From: Selenomonas sp.
GTDB lineage: Bacteria; Bacillota; Negativicutes; Selenomonadales; Selenomonadaceae
Direction of reading: 5' to 3'
Assembly (NCBI GenBank): GCA_003518745.1
Contig: DOYB01000177.1
Coordinates: 1 to 34,452 of the forward strand
DNA: 34,452 nt
Part shown: positions 1 to 8,749 of the stretch, one piece after another
Layout of the letters: every line of letters begins with the position of its first letter
Numbering within the stretch: position 1 is the first letter of the stretch
Translations under genes and position numbers: made by a program
Notes under the pieces: generated by a model
What the model saw: only the letters and a program-made list of their open reading frames with translations
Told to the model about the DNA's origin: nothing
Databases searched by the model: none

Positions 1-813
1 GTACCGAATGATACGCATCTCAATCATGGAGATTGCGAGGCCATGCTTATTACAGGCCCCAATATGGCGGGTAAATCCACCTATATGCGTCAGGTTGCCC
101 TATTGACCCTGATGGCTCAGGTTGGGAGCTTTATCCCTGCAAGGGAGGCTGTTATTTCGCCGGTTGACCGTATTTTCACCCGTATCGGGGCAAGTGATGA
201 CTTGGTGAGCGGACAAAGCACTTTTATGGTGGAAATGAATGAGGTGGCTCAAATACTGAAATATGCTACCAAGAAGAGTCTTGTGATACTGGATGAAATC
301 GGACGGGGCACAAGTACCTTTGACGGCATGAGTATCGCTAGGGCTGTCATGGAGCATATTGAAAAGAAGATACATGCCAAGACCCTTTTCGCCACCCATT
401 ATCATGAGTTGACGGATTTGGAAGATGATAAGATAAAGAACTTCTGTATTGCCGTCAAGGAAAGGGGAACTCAGGTTGCTTTTCTGAGGCGTATCGTTTC
501 AGGTAGTGCTGATAAGTCGTACGGAATTCATGTTGCTAGGCTGGCCGGATTGCCAAAGGCTGTTACCGATAGGGCTGAGGTCATATTGGAGGGTTTGGAG
601 TCCGGTGAAGCACATATGGAAAAGCCTGTATCAGAAAAAAAGGTTGAAAAGGAACAGTCCTCGAAGCCTGCCGCCAACATGGACTCCCTTTTTTCGTCCG
701 GCTTGCAGAGCGCGCTTTTAGGGCTTGATGTCATGTCCATGACTCCGTTAGAGGCGATGAATGAGCTCTACCGCCTGCAGGAACAGGCAAAGAGGGAGGC
801 AGGAATTTCATGA
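1..813 (+). CDS. mutS: DNA mismatch repair protein MutS, C-terminal part (5' end lies outside the window)
   Basis: Frame 1 is open from nt 1 ([14 protein letters not shown] then [17 protein letters not shown]). It shows Walker A GPNMAGKS, Walker [17 protein letters not shown], and THYHEL. The TGA stop at 811-813 overlaps the mutL ATG (ATGA). Confidence 0.95.
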   Translation, partial: VPNDTHLNHGDCEAMLITGPNMAGKSTYMRQVALLTLMAQVGSFIPAREAVISPVDRIFTRIGASDDLVSGQSTFMVEMNEVAQILKYATKKSLVILDEIGRGTSTFDGMSIARAVMEHIEKKIHAKTLFATHYHELTDLEDDKIKNFCIAVKERGTQVAFLRRIVSGSADKSYGIHVARLAGLPKAVTDRAEVILEGLESGEAHMEKPVSEKKVEKEQSSKPAANMDSLFSSGLQSALLGLDVMSMTPLEAMNELYRLQEQAKREAGIS

Positions 814-2684
814 GCATAGTGCATCTCTTGGATGACAATACCATCAACAAAATAGCCGCGGGAGAAGTAGTTGAACGTCCTGCCTCAGTAGTCAAGGAGC
901 TGGTGGAAAACGCCATAGACGCGGGGGCTTCACGCATTGAGGTGGAAATCCAGTCAGGCGGCACCAGCCTTATTCGAGTTACAGACAATGGCAAGGGCAT
1001 GAGCATGGAGGATGCGAAGCTTGCCATGGAGCGTCATGCCACCAGCAAGATAAACGCGGTGGATGACCTGCTTTCCATTGGTACACTGGGATTTCGCGGT
1101 GAGGCGCTGCCTACTATCGCGTCTGTATCACGCTTTACCATGCGTACCCGGCAGGAGGGCAGTGAACTGGGAACACTTGTGACCTGTTCCGGCGGGAAAC
1201 AGCAGGATGTAAGGGAAACGGGATGCAGCCTAGGTACGACTATTCAGGTTGAGGATCTGTTTTTCAATACTCCTGCCCGTAAGAAGTTCCTTAAGACAAA
1301 TCAGACGGAAGCCTCCAAGATAAATGATTATATTATCAAACTGGCTCTTTCCCATCCAGAAATCATGTTTCGATTCATAAATGGCAGCAAGGCGGCTGTT
1401 GTGACGCCGGGAAACGGTATTTTGAAGGATGTCATAGCGAGCCTTTACGGAAAGCAGGCGGCAGCGTCTCTTTTGGAACTGTCTTTCTATGATGGTGAGC
1501 TTCTAATTTCGGGATATATTACAAAGCCCAATATGCTGAAAAGCAGCAGGGCTTGGCAGACTTTTATGGTGAACGGACGCATCATTCAGAATCGGGCAAT
1601 GGCCAAGGCTATAGAAAATGCCTATCGGGCAATGGTGCCGAAAAGCGGCTTTCCAATGGCTGTGCTGTCCCTTGAGGTGCCAAAGAATACGGTGGATGTC
1701 AATGTACATCCGCAGAAGACCGAGCTTAAATTCGAGGATGAGAGTCGGATTTTCAAGGCTGTGTATAAGTCTGTAGTGGATGCCTTGCGTCCATCTGTTC
1801 AGCAGCTCGGACAAATGGCTGCTGTGGTTCCTAATGTGGAGAGGCATTATACCATGGAACCGATGCAGTTCATTCCCGCAAGTGAACCGTCCACGGAAAT
1901 GCCGAAGTCACCGGAGAGAAATGGGCAGCCGTACACGCCAAAGACGATTTATGAGTCAGTGAATCAAAGTAATGGAAGTGCCATGAGTTTTCACGAAGCC
2001 CAGGAAATGCTTCATTCAAAGCCCATAATGCCTGCTGATTCAAGCGAAATAGCAGATGTCGAAAACGTAACAGTTGAAGGGAATAGAGCAGTAGAGGCAT
2101 TGCGGTATGATGGCAGCATAATTCCCATTGGCCAGGTGGATTTATGTTATATAATAGCCCAGGACAAACGGGGGCTGTATATTGTGGATCAGCATGCGGC
2201 ACATGAGCGTATCCTTTTCGACAAATTTTCTTCCATGGCTGACGGTATACCCTCTCAGCAGCTTTTGGTCCACTTGGTGCTGGAATTTGATGCCAGGGAA
2301 GCAGATTTGATTGAGAATAATCGCGAGCTGTTTCACTCCCTTGGATTCACTATGGAACCCAGTGGAGAGAGAGAGTTCAGACTTACTGAAATTCCCTCGG
2401 ACGTACCCATAGGAGAAGCAGAGGATATCATTCGTGAAATCCTGTCAGATATTCAGGAGCAGCATCGGACTACGGCAAAGGATATACGACAGTCGTGTCT
2501 TGCCACAACCGCATGCAGGGCTGCCATAAAGGCAGGCGAGGAGCTCAATATCCGCCAGATGCAGATCATACTGGAGGAATTGGCTCATACGGACTTCCCA
2601 TACACTTGTCCCCACGGGCGTCCTACAGTGCTGAAATTCAGCAGTGACGAGCTAGCAAAAATGTTTAAGAGAACGGGATTTTGA
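810..2684 (+). CDS. mutL: DNA mismatch repair endonuclease MutL
   Basis: GHKL N-terminus ([25 protein letters not shown]). Endonuclease motif [11 protein letters not shown] at nt 2187-2219. C-terminal ACR and CPHGRP motifs. The ATG at 810 overlaps the mutS stop. Confidence 0.95.
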   Translation: MSIVHLLDDNTINKIAAGEVVERPASVVKELVENAIDAGASRIEVEIQSGGTSLIRVTDNGKGMSMEDAKLAMERHATSKINAVDDLLSIGTLGFRGEALPTIASVSRFTMRTRQEGSELGTLVTCSGGKQQDVRETGCSLGTTIQVEDLFFNTPARKKFLKTNQTEASKINDYIIKLALSHPEIMFRFINGSKAAVVTPGNGILKDVIASLYGKQAAASLLELSFYDGELLISGYITKPNMLKSSRAWQTFMVNGRIIQNRAMAKAIENAYRAMVPKSGFPMAVLSLEVPKNTVDVNVHPQKTELKFEDESRIFKAVYKSVVDALRPSVQQLGQMAAVVPNVERHYTMEPMQFIPASEPSTEMPKSPERNGQPYTPKTIYESVNQSNGSAMSFHEAQEMLHSKPIMPADSSEIADVENVTVEGNRAVEALRYDGSIIPIGQVDLCYIIAQDKRGLYIVDQHAAHERILFDKFSSMADGIPSQQLLVHLVLEFDAREADLIENNRELFHSLGFTMEPSGEREFRLTEIPSDVPIGEAEDIIREILSDIQEQHRTTAKDIRQSCLATTACRAAIKAGEELNIRQMQIILEELAHTDFPYTCPHGRPTVLKFSSDELAKMFKRTGF

Positions 2685-2710
2685 TATTCCGGCAGGGAAG
2701 GAGGAGCTGT

Positions 2711-5236
2711 ATGGAGGCTGAGTTTAACGCGTGGTTGGGAAATGCTGAGGATTTCAATCGGTTTGAAACAGTTCAGTACAGCAGGGGCCTATTTCCCATG
2801 AATATGCCCGATGAACTGCTTTATGCCTTCTGTCAATCTCTTCCGGAACGAGTAAAAAAGTGGCAGACTGAGCTTGATGGTGAGAATATCCGTTACTTTC
2901 TAAGTGATTACGGCAATGTCAGGTTTTATTCGGAGGAAATTGTATTAGGTGAAGGCTGGGAACTCTTTGTCATATTTACGGAAGGCAGATTGACACTGTT
3001 GTCCGCTTCCAATGACATTGAGCATCAGGCGCGAATGCGTTCTGTTATGGCAGATAGGGAGTGGGCCTTACGTTATGGGGATGAGGTGACAGGCTTTCGT
3101 CAGAAACCCTTGTTGGAATTCCTGAAGATGCTGCACTTTTATATGCTTCGCCATCAAAGGACCTGCAGCGCCAGGACCTTTCGCAGTATTTTCCAGCACA
3201 ACATGGATTACCTGCCGGATAATGTGCAGTTGGAAGCCGTGGAGTCGTCAGATGATGCGGACGCGGCCAATATATTCCTCTCGGGCTGTGCCGGCTCTGG
3301 TAAATCGGTGACCGGCTTCCGGTGGCTTGCCATGCATCCTGTGAAGGCGGTAAAGAAAATATGCCTGTCCGTTTCAGAGAAACAGCGACATAAGCTGGAG
3401 TATTGGCAGGAATCAGAGAATCGGATTCGAAGGGCAATGAATATTGAAGAAATACCTGCCATCGAATGCAGCATATGGTTCGATTTCCTGTCAGAGCATG
3501 CCCGTCCTTTCATTGAGCGTGGAAGGTATGTCTTGAACACTGAACAGAGCTTTGCTGTCTTTTACGAAATAGCCAGATTTTTGCCTACGGTATATTGGAA
3601 GGATATACCGGGGGAGGCCATCAAGGATAAAATGTTTTTCCTTTGGGGCGAAATCCATGGACTAGTCAAGGGCGCGATGTTTACCCGTAATATTGCTGAA
3701 GGGTCAAGTGAGCCCCTGACCAGGAAGCAGTATGGAGAACTTAGGTCCTTCCACAAGGGAAGCGCGGAAAGCAAACATCTCACCGGGCAGGGAATAGCCA
3801 TGCTGTTCCAGCTGTATGAAAGATATGAAGAATATTTAAAATCCCGTCATTTCATTGATGACAATGACGTTGCGCGTATTGTCATAAACCACATTACGGA
3901 AATAAAGCAGAGCGAGGATTTCGTTAAATACCAGCTGGCATTTTTGGATGATTGTCAGGATTTGACTGAAATACAGATGTATGCCGCGTTTTCGCTGCTT
4001 TCTGACTGCACCCAGAAATTCATGGCCTTTGACCGTTGCCAAATCCTGCAGCCCACCTGGTTCCATCCCGGATTTGTCCAGAAGACGGCTGAGCAGTTGT
4101 TTCCAAAGGGGGATGATGTGTATTCCCTGAGATACCACCTACCCAATCAGTACAGGTCGTTACTGGAGGTAATGAGGTTTCAGGGCAGTATACTGGATGA
4201 GCTTGGAGGACATCGAAATCTAAGTGAATTGGACTTAAGAGCCGCGGGGTTTGCTGAACAGGATTTGAGGGAAGGGCTTCTGCCCATATGGATCGCGGAT
4301 ACGGGTGAAAATAGGGAGCTGCTTAATGGCCTGCTGGAGGAATTTGAAGCAGGTGATATTTTTGTGCTTCACTCGGCCCGGCTTAGCGCGGAGGAACGGG
4401 ACGGAAAGCATCTCAGCCTGTCTGATTGCAAGGGTATAGGAATCGCGTCGGCTGTAATACTTTGGAATTTGTTTTCCGATGCGGAGAGCTATATGAACGA
4501 GGCTCAGGCATGGGAGTATTTCTATATTGGAGCTGCCCGCCCAGAATCCTGTCTGTTTGTGCTGGAAACGGATAAAGGAACAATAGGCGCATTCCTTGAG
4601 CAGCTTACTGCCCGCGGGATAATTGAAAAGTGCGAATCGCTTCATGATACCTACGCTGATGGATATACCTGGGTAGAAGAGCTAAGGAAACGCATAGTCT
4701 GTTCTTCCGAGGAAAGCGAGCTTGAGGAGGCCTACCACCTGTATTTGCATGATGAGTTTCAGGAGGCTCTAGCCATTTATGGCCAGCATCGGGAGAAAAG
4801 GGAAGCAGTGTTAAACAGCATGGTTTGTGAAGGAAAACTGGCTGAAGCAGAGGGCAGCTTAAGCGCCGCGTTGGAGTGGTATTTCAGATTGGCAGATGAA
4901 TCAGTAACAGGCATGTACTGTATCCGTGAGTTTTTGGACAATGCCAATATAACACCGGAGCTGCGCTTCGCGGCAAATATGTATCTATTGAATGACTTGA
5001 AATATACGGAGTTTAATGGCCCCTCCGGATTGAAGACCTTATATGAGGATTATCATGACCACAGTGGACATTTCAAACTTGGGGTGCTGATAGACAAGGT
5101 CGTTTCCATATATCCGGTACTTGAACAGAAGCTGGGGGGATGGACGAAGGCCGTATTGAAGGAAATGGATACCTGCGTGCTTGCCATCAATGATATAATT
5201 GACAGGGAGGCTGATTGGAGGGTACACGATGAGTGA
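2711..5236 (+). CDS. Divergent UvrD/PcrA-like superfamily-1 P-loop ATPase (helicase-like) with unassigned N- and C-terminal domains
   Basis: ATG 2711 is preceded by RBS GGAAGGAGGAG (2696-2706); the ORF track starts earlier at TTG 2681. Walker A GCAGSGKS (3284-3307), motif II-like LDDCQDL (DDCQD 3947-3961), motif IV-like LPNQYRS (4145-4159), motif V-like CKGIGIASAVIL, motif VI-like FYIGAARP. The order and spacing match SF1 helicases, but several catalytic residues are substituted. Confidence 0.7.
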   Translation: MEAEFNAWLGNAEDFNRFETVQYSRGLFPMNMPDELLYAFCQSLPERVKKWQTELDGENIRYFLSDYGNVRFYSEEIVLGEGWELFVIFTEGRLTLLSASNDIEHQARMRSVMADREWALRYGDEVTGFRQKPLLEFLKMLHFYMLRHQRTCSARTFRSIFQHNMDYLPDNVQLEAVESSDDADAANIFLSGCAGSGKSVTGFRWLAMHPVKAVKKICLSVSEKQRHKLEYWQESENRIRRAMNIEEIPAIECSIWFDFLSEHARPFIERGRYVLNTEQSFAVFYEIARFLPTVYWKDIPGEAIKDKMFFLWGEIHGLVKGAMFTRNIAEGSSEPLTRKQYGELRSFHKGSAESKHLTGQGIAMLFQLYERYEEYLKSRHFIDDNDVARIVINHITEIKQSEDFVKYQLAFLDDCQDLTEIQMYAAFSLLSDCTQKFMAFDRCQILQPTWFHPGFVQKTAEQLFPKGDDVYSLRYHLPNQYRSLLEVMRFQGSILDELGGHRNLSELDLRAAGFAEQDLREGLLPIWIADTGENRELLNGLLEEFEAGDIFVLHSARLSAEERDGKHLSLSDCKGIGIASAVILWNLFSDAESYMNEAQAWEYFYIGAARPESCLFVLETDKGTIGAFLEQLTARGIIEKCESLHDTYADGYTWVEELRKRIVCSSEESELEEAYHLYLHDEFQEALAIYGQHREKREAVLNSMVCEGKLAEAEGSLSAALEWYFRLADESVTGMYCIREFLDNANITPELRFAANMYLLNDLKYTEFNGPSGLKTLYEDYHDHSGHFKLGVLIDKVVSIYPVLEQKLGGWTKAVLKEMDTCVLAINDIIDREADWRVHDE

Positions 5237-5960
5237 TGTTTTTGATATAGAGAAATTCAGTGAAAATGCTGAACGGCTTACTAAGACTCTTGAAAAGTCA
5301 AGTACATACATCAATGATGTTGATCAGGCCATGACAAGGCTGAGTGAAGCTGTCAATGATGCCGAAATAAACGCGAAGCTGGACAGCTACGGACAGAGGC
5401 TGCAGGAGCTGCAACAGGGCAGTCGGCAGATATTGGATAATTTATCCGGACAGCCTGAGGAGCTAAAGGAGGCCGCGAGAAGACTTCTTGAAACCACCGA
5501 GCAATTCGGGAATTCTTATCAGTATCTGGAGCGCTATAAGGAGAGGGCTGAGAGGCTGACGGAGCTTTTGGAAAGCCTTGGAACCCTTTCGGACTTTGAG
5601 GAACGCCTGAAGAAGTATGAGGCTGAGCTTGAAACAGTATCCGGTACATTGGACAAGATAAAGAAACAGGAATTGGAAATCCGCAACATTCCAAATGTCT
5701 TAAAGGCCATGAAGGAATCCGTAACGGATCTCCAGAAGCAGTATATAGAGGCCGCGGCAGATTTGAGGGACCAGGGCAATGAAGCACTCACTGGTGTTCG
5801 AGGGGTCAAGGATTCTGTGAATAAGGCAGAGGAACTACAAAGGACACTGTCGGATCAGGTGGGATTTTTCAAGATTGGAATATATGCTCTTATCGTCATG
5901 AATACCTTGATGACTGTATTTATGATTATCTTCCTGATGAAGGAGTTTTTCTTTTCATGA
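5229..5960 (+). CDS. Tail-anchored coiled-coil protein (long heptad-rich helical region plus one C-terminal TM helix)
   Basis: ATG 5229 (MSDVFDIEKF) lies 7 nt after GGAGGG and overlaps the upstream stop by 8 nt (ATGAGTGA). About 215 aa are E/K/L/Q-rich helical sequence. The C-terminal segment FFKIGIYALIVMNTLMTVFMIIFLM is hydrophobic. The stop overlaps the next ATG (ATGA at 5957-5960). Confidence 0.75.
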   Translation: MSDVFDIEKFSENAERLTKTLEKSSTYINDVDQAMTRLSEAVNDAEINAKLDSYGQRLQELQQGSRQILDNLSGQPEELKEAARRLLETTEQFGNSYQYLERYKERAERLTELLESLGTLSDFEERLKKYEAELETVSGTLDKIKKQELEIRNIPNVLKAMKESVTDLQKQYIEAAADLRDQGNEALTGVRGVKDSVNKAEELQRTLSDQVGFFKIGIYALIVMNTLMTVFMIIFLMKEFFFS

Positions 5961-6757
5961 GGCTATATGACAATTTGAGTACCATCGTCACCACGGGCCG
6001 CAAGGTTAAGGACAGCAGTATCGCGTTGGCAAAGGAAACAGCCCGTCGGCTGAATATTCCCTTTGTGCAGAGGCATACCGAATCCATAGCAGAGCTTCGG
6101 GAAAAGCATGGGGTGGATTTCGTGCTTGTCGCGAAAAAAGGACTGCTGGTGCTGGATACAAGAGATGGTGAGTTTTTCTTTCATCCCAATATGGCGCATC
6201 TTCGGCTGAAAAATCTGAGATTCGGTGATGGCAGGGACAACATGGTAGAGGCTATGAATCTGAAAGCCGGCATGTCAGTATTGGACTGCACTTTAGGTTT
6301 TGGTACTGATGCTATAGTGGCCAGCTTCGCGGTGGGTGAGAGTGGAAGTGTTACAGGTTTGGAGTCCAGTCCATTAATCGCGGAGGTTACGGGCTATGGC
6401 CTGGCCAATTACCATGCGGAAAACTATCCCATACAGGAGGCCATGAGAAGAATATGTACTATTCCATCGGACTATCTTGATTATCTCCGGCAGGCGGAGG
6501 ATAATTCGTATGATGTGGTATATTTTGACCCCATGTTCCGCTATCCTCTGATGGAAAGCAGGAATCTGAATCCCTTGAGGCTGGCCGCGAATCACGATCC
6601 CGTTTCAAGGGAGGCTGTGAATGAGGCAATACGCGTGGCAAGGCACAGGGTGGTGCTGAAGGAAAACGCAAGGAGTGAGGAGTTCGAAAGACTTGGTTTT
6701 CCCATGATAGCCGGAGGGAAATACAGTAAGGTGCATTACGGTGTCATTGAGATTTAG
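5957..6757 (+). CDS. Class I SAM-dependent methyltransferase, RsmJ (16S rRNA m2G)-like family
   Basis: VLDCTLGFGTDAIVAS (SAM motif I), YDVVYFDPMF (motif IV-like, matching RsmJ DVVYLDPMF), and RVVLKENARS resemble RsmJ/YhiQ-type proteins. The start is translationally coupled to the upstream gene. Confidence 0.75.
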   Translation: MRLYDNLSTIVTTGRKVKDSSIALAKETARRLNIPFVQRHTESIAELREKHGVDFVLVAKKGLLVLDTRDGEFFFHPNMAHLRLKNLRFGDGRDNMVEAMNLKAGMSVLDCTLGFGTDAIVASFAVGESGSVTGLESSPLIAEVTGYGLANYHAENYPIQEAMRRICTIPSDYLDYLRQAEDNSYDVVYFDPMFRYPLMESRNLNPLRLAANHDPVSREAVNEAIRVARHRVVLKENARSEEFERLGFPMIAGGKYSKVHYGVIEI

Positions 6758-6780
6758 ATTTAGATTAGAGGTGCTGGCTG

Positions 6781-8013
6781 ATGCGGTTTTATTTGAATGA
6801 TATGCTCTATGCTATTTCCTACGCTCTGGACAATGTGGAGAGAGAATACAGGGGGATAAGTCTGCACCACGCTGAACGTGTCGCGTACATGTCAGTACAG
6901 ATGGGGCGGGCTTATGGTTTGGATACTACGGCCCTGATGAATCTTGCGGTTGTGGGGGTTCTTCACGATAATGCCTTTACTGAGTATTATAAAATGCTGG
7001 ATAAGATTCCAACTTTGATGGATGGCCGGCCGGGAATGAGTCCCGATGAGATGGCCGCGGCGATACGTCCCCATTGTGAGATGGGGGAGAGGAACGTGAA
7101 GGTACTGCCCTTTTATTCAGATATAAAGAACGCTGTGCTGTTCCATCATGAGAATGCTGATGGCAGCGGAGCCTTTGGGATTTCAGCTGATGAAACGCCC
7201 CTTTATGCCAGGCTTCTGCAGCTGAGTGACCAGTTGGACAATCAATTCATATTGGAATATGTGGATGAACACACCTATAAGAAAATCATAGATTATCTTG
7301 AGGAAAATGTAGACCACCTTTTCACAAGGGAAATGGTTGATTTATTCAGGTCAGCCTTTCCCGAACCCATGAAGGGAACATTGAGTTATGCCATGATTCG
7401 ACAGATGCTGCAGGGGGATCTGCCACATGTGCTGGAGGAATACAACGCGGCTGACGTTCGGGGATTGGCTACGGTAATCGCCCGAATCATCGACTATAAG
7501 TCCAAATTCACCTGCACGCATTCCCTTGGCATTGCCCGTAAATCCAGCGAAATGGGGCATTATCTTGGCTATGACGAAGAACTTTGCACAAAACTATACC
7601 TGGCAGGTGCCCTGCACGATGTGGGCAAGCTGACGATTCCCTCAGATATTCTGGAGAAGCCGGATCGTCTTACCGAGCGTGAGTTTTCCGTTATGAAGAC
7701 CCATGCCATCGCGTCCTGGAATATTCTCAGGACTATTGACGGCCTGGATGATGTGGTGGACTGGGCGTGTATGCACCACGAGAAGCTGAATGGCAGCGGC
7801 TATCCCTTCGGGCGTACGGCAGACCAGCTTTGCCGTAATGCGCGCCTGCTTTGCTGTACGGATATATATCAGGCACTTAGGGAGGAACGGCCATACAAAG
7901 AGGCCATCTCTCATGATCAGGCCATATCGGTTATGCGGGAAATGGTTGCTAATGGTCTCATAGACGCAGAGCTTACAGAGGCTATGGATAAATGCTTCTC
8001 GGGGAGGAATTGA
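6781..8013 (+). CDS. Tandem HD-GYP-type phosphohydrolase: degenerate N-terminal module plus canonical C-terminal HD-GYP
   Basis: The C-terminal module has H..LHDVGK and HHEKLNGSGYPFG (7774-7812). The N-terminal module has HHAERV...LHDNAF and HHENADGSGAFG (7144-7179), so it lacks both the GYP signature and the HDxGK lysine. Confidence 0.85.
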   Translation: MRFYLNDMLYAISYALDNVEREYRGISLHHAERVAYMSVQMGRAYGLDTTALMNLAVVGVLHDNAFTEYYKMLDKIPTLMDGRPGMSPDEMAAAIRPHCEMGERNVKVLPFYSDIKNAVLFHHENADGSGAFGISADETPLYARLLQLSDQLDNQFILEYVDEHTYKKIIDYLEENVDHLFTREMVDLFRSAFPEPMKGTLSYAMIRQMLQGDLPHVLEEYNAADVRGLATVIARIIDYKSKFTCTHSLGIARKSSEMGHYLGYDEELCTKLYLAGALHDVGKLTIPSDILEKPDRLTEREFSVMKTHAIASWNILRTIDGLDDVVDWACMHHEKLNGSGYPFGRTADQLCRNARLLCCTDIYQALREERPYKEAISHDQAISVMREMVANGLIDAELTEAMDKCFSGRN

Positions 8014-8016
8014 GGT

Positions 8017-8691
8017 ATGGCAATAGATTTACCGGCATCCTTTGAGGTGATAGCGAATATAGACTGGGACATGGTGAAAAACAAGGTTCAAGACTATGCT
8101 CCGGTGATTGAAGTTATAAAGAGTACATGGAGCCATGAAACTTTGCGTGAAATCGCGGAGGGAAAGGTTTTCGTTCCGGATGAAACCCTGAATGATATGT
8201 TAAAGAAGAATATTTCAGAGAAAAGTCCTATAACGATGCTGAAGGTTACCTCCAGAGATACAGGACGTCTTGAGATTTATGGGGAGACCAAGAATTTAGG
8301 CAGGGTTGAGCTTTCCGGCACCATTGAGGAATGTGTGCACAGGGGCGATAGTACCTATGTGAGCTACCGTGTCCGGGAAAGGGAGCTTTTGGATCACGGC
8401 CTTGGTTCATGGATTTTTTCGAGAATATCCATGTCCATGACTCAGAAAATAATGGGTGGATTGAAATTCTCGGACGATGTTCCCACCAAGATTCACGGCA
8501 ATACGATTACGGTGGATCTATCCAAGATAGTGGGGGAGTCCGAGCTTTCAAAGACCGAGTTCCACGGCTACAGACTGGTGGATGTGGTTGGGATTGAGGG
8601 AGCGAAGCCCAAGGAGGGCGGAATCGAGATAGATACCAAGCTGAATGTTCCGGATAATATTAAGGAGCTCATCCTGGGAATACTGAAATAG
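8017..8691 (+). CDS. Hypothetical cytoplasmic protein (no motif recognised)
   Basis: The 224-aa ORF starts 3 nt after the HD-GYP stop, with an RBS-like GAGG upstream. Its codon style matches the neighbours. It is followed directly by the terminator at 8694-8725. Confidence 0.6.
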   Translation: MAIDLPASFEVIANIDWDMVKNKVQDYAPVIEVIKSTWSHETLREIAEGKVFVPDETLNDMLKKNISEKSPITMLKVTSRDTGRLEIYGETKNLGRVELSGTIEECVHRGDSTYVSYRVRERELLDHGLGSWIFSRISMSMTQKIMGGLKFSDDVPTKIHGNTITVDLSKIVGESELSKTEFHGYRLVDVVGIEGAKPKEGGIEIDTKLNVPDNIKELILGILK

Positions 8692-8693
8692 AA

Positions 8694-8725
8694 AAACTCC
8701 GCTGTTCATTTTGACAGCGGAGTTT
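8694..8725. terminator. Bidirectional intrinsic terminator between the mutSL-linked operon and tsf
   Basis: A 12-bp perfect stem, AAACTCCGCTGT (8694-8705) with ACAGCGGAGTTT (8714-8725). It has an A-run on the 5' side and a T-run on the 3' side, so it can terminate convergent transcripts. Confidence 0.8.
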
Positions 8726-8749
8726 CTGCGATATCGGAATATCCGAATC

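Noticed and set aside
2681-6757. Interpreting helicase-like ATPase plus methyltransferase as a restriction-modification or BREX/DISARM-like defence island
   Set aside because: The methyltransferase resembles RsmJ-type rRNA methyltransferases rather than DNA N6A/C5 enzymes (no DPPY/NPPY or PCQ motifs). No nuclease, integrase or transposase is nearby. Composition matches the flanking core genes by eye. I keep this only as a low-probability alternative under the operon finding.
8017-8691. PilZ-like c-di-GMP receptor reading of the 224-aa ORF (RVRER could be RxxxR)
   Set aside because: The second PilZ motif, (D/N)xSxxG, is absent. The nearest candidate, DLSKIVG, has the wrong spacing and lies about 44 residues away. 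The evidence is insufficient.
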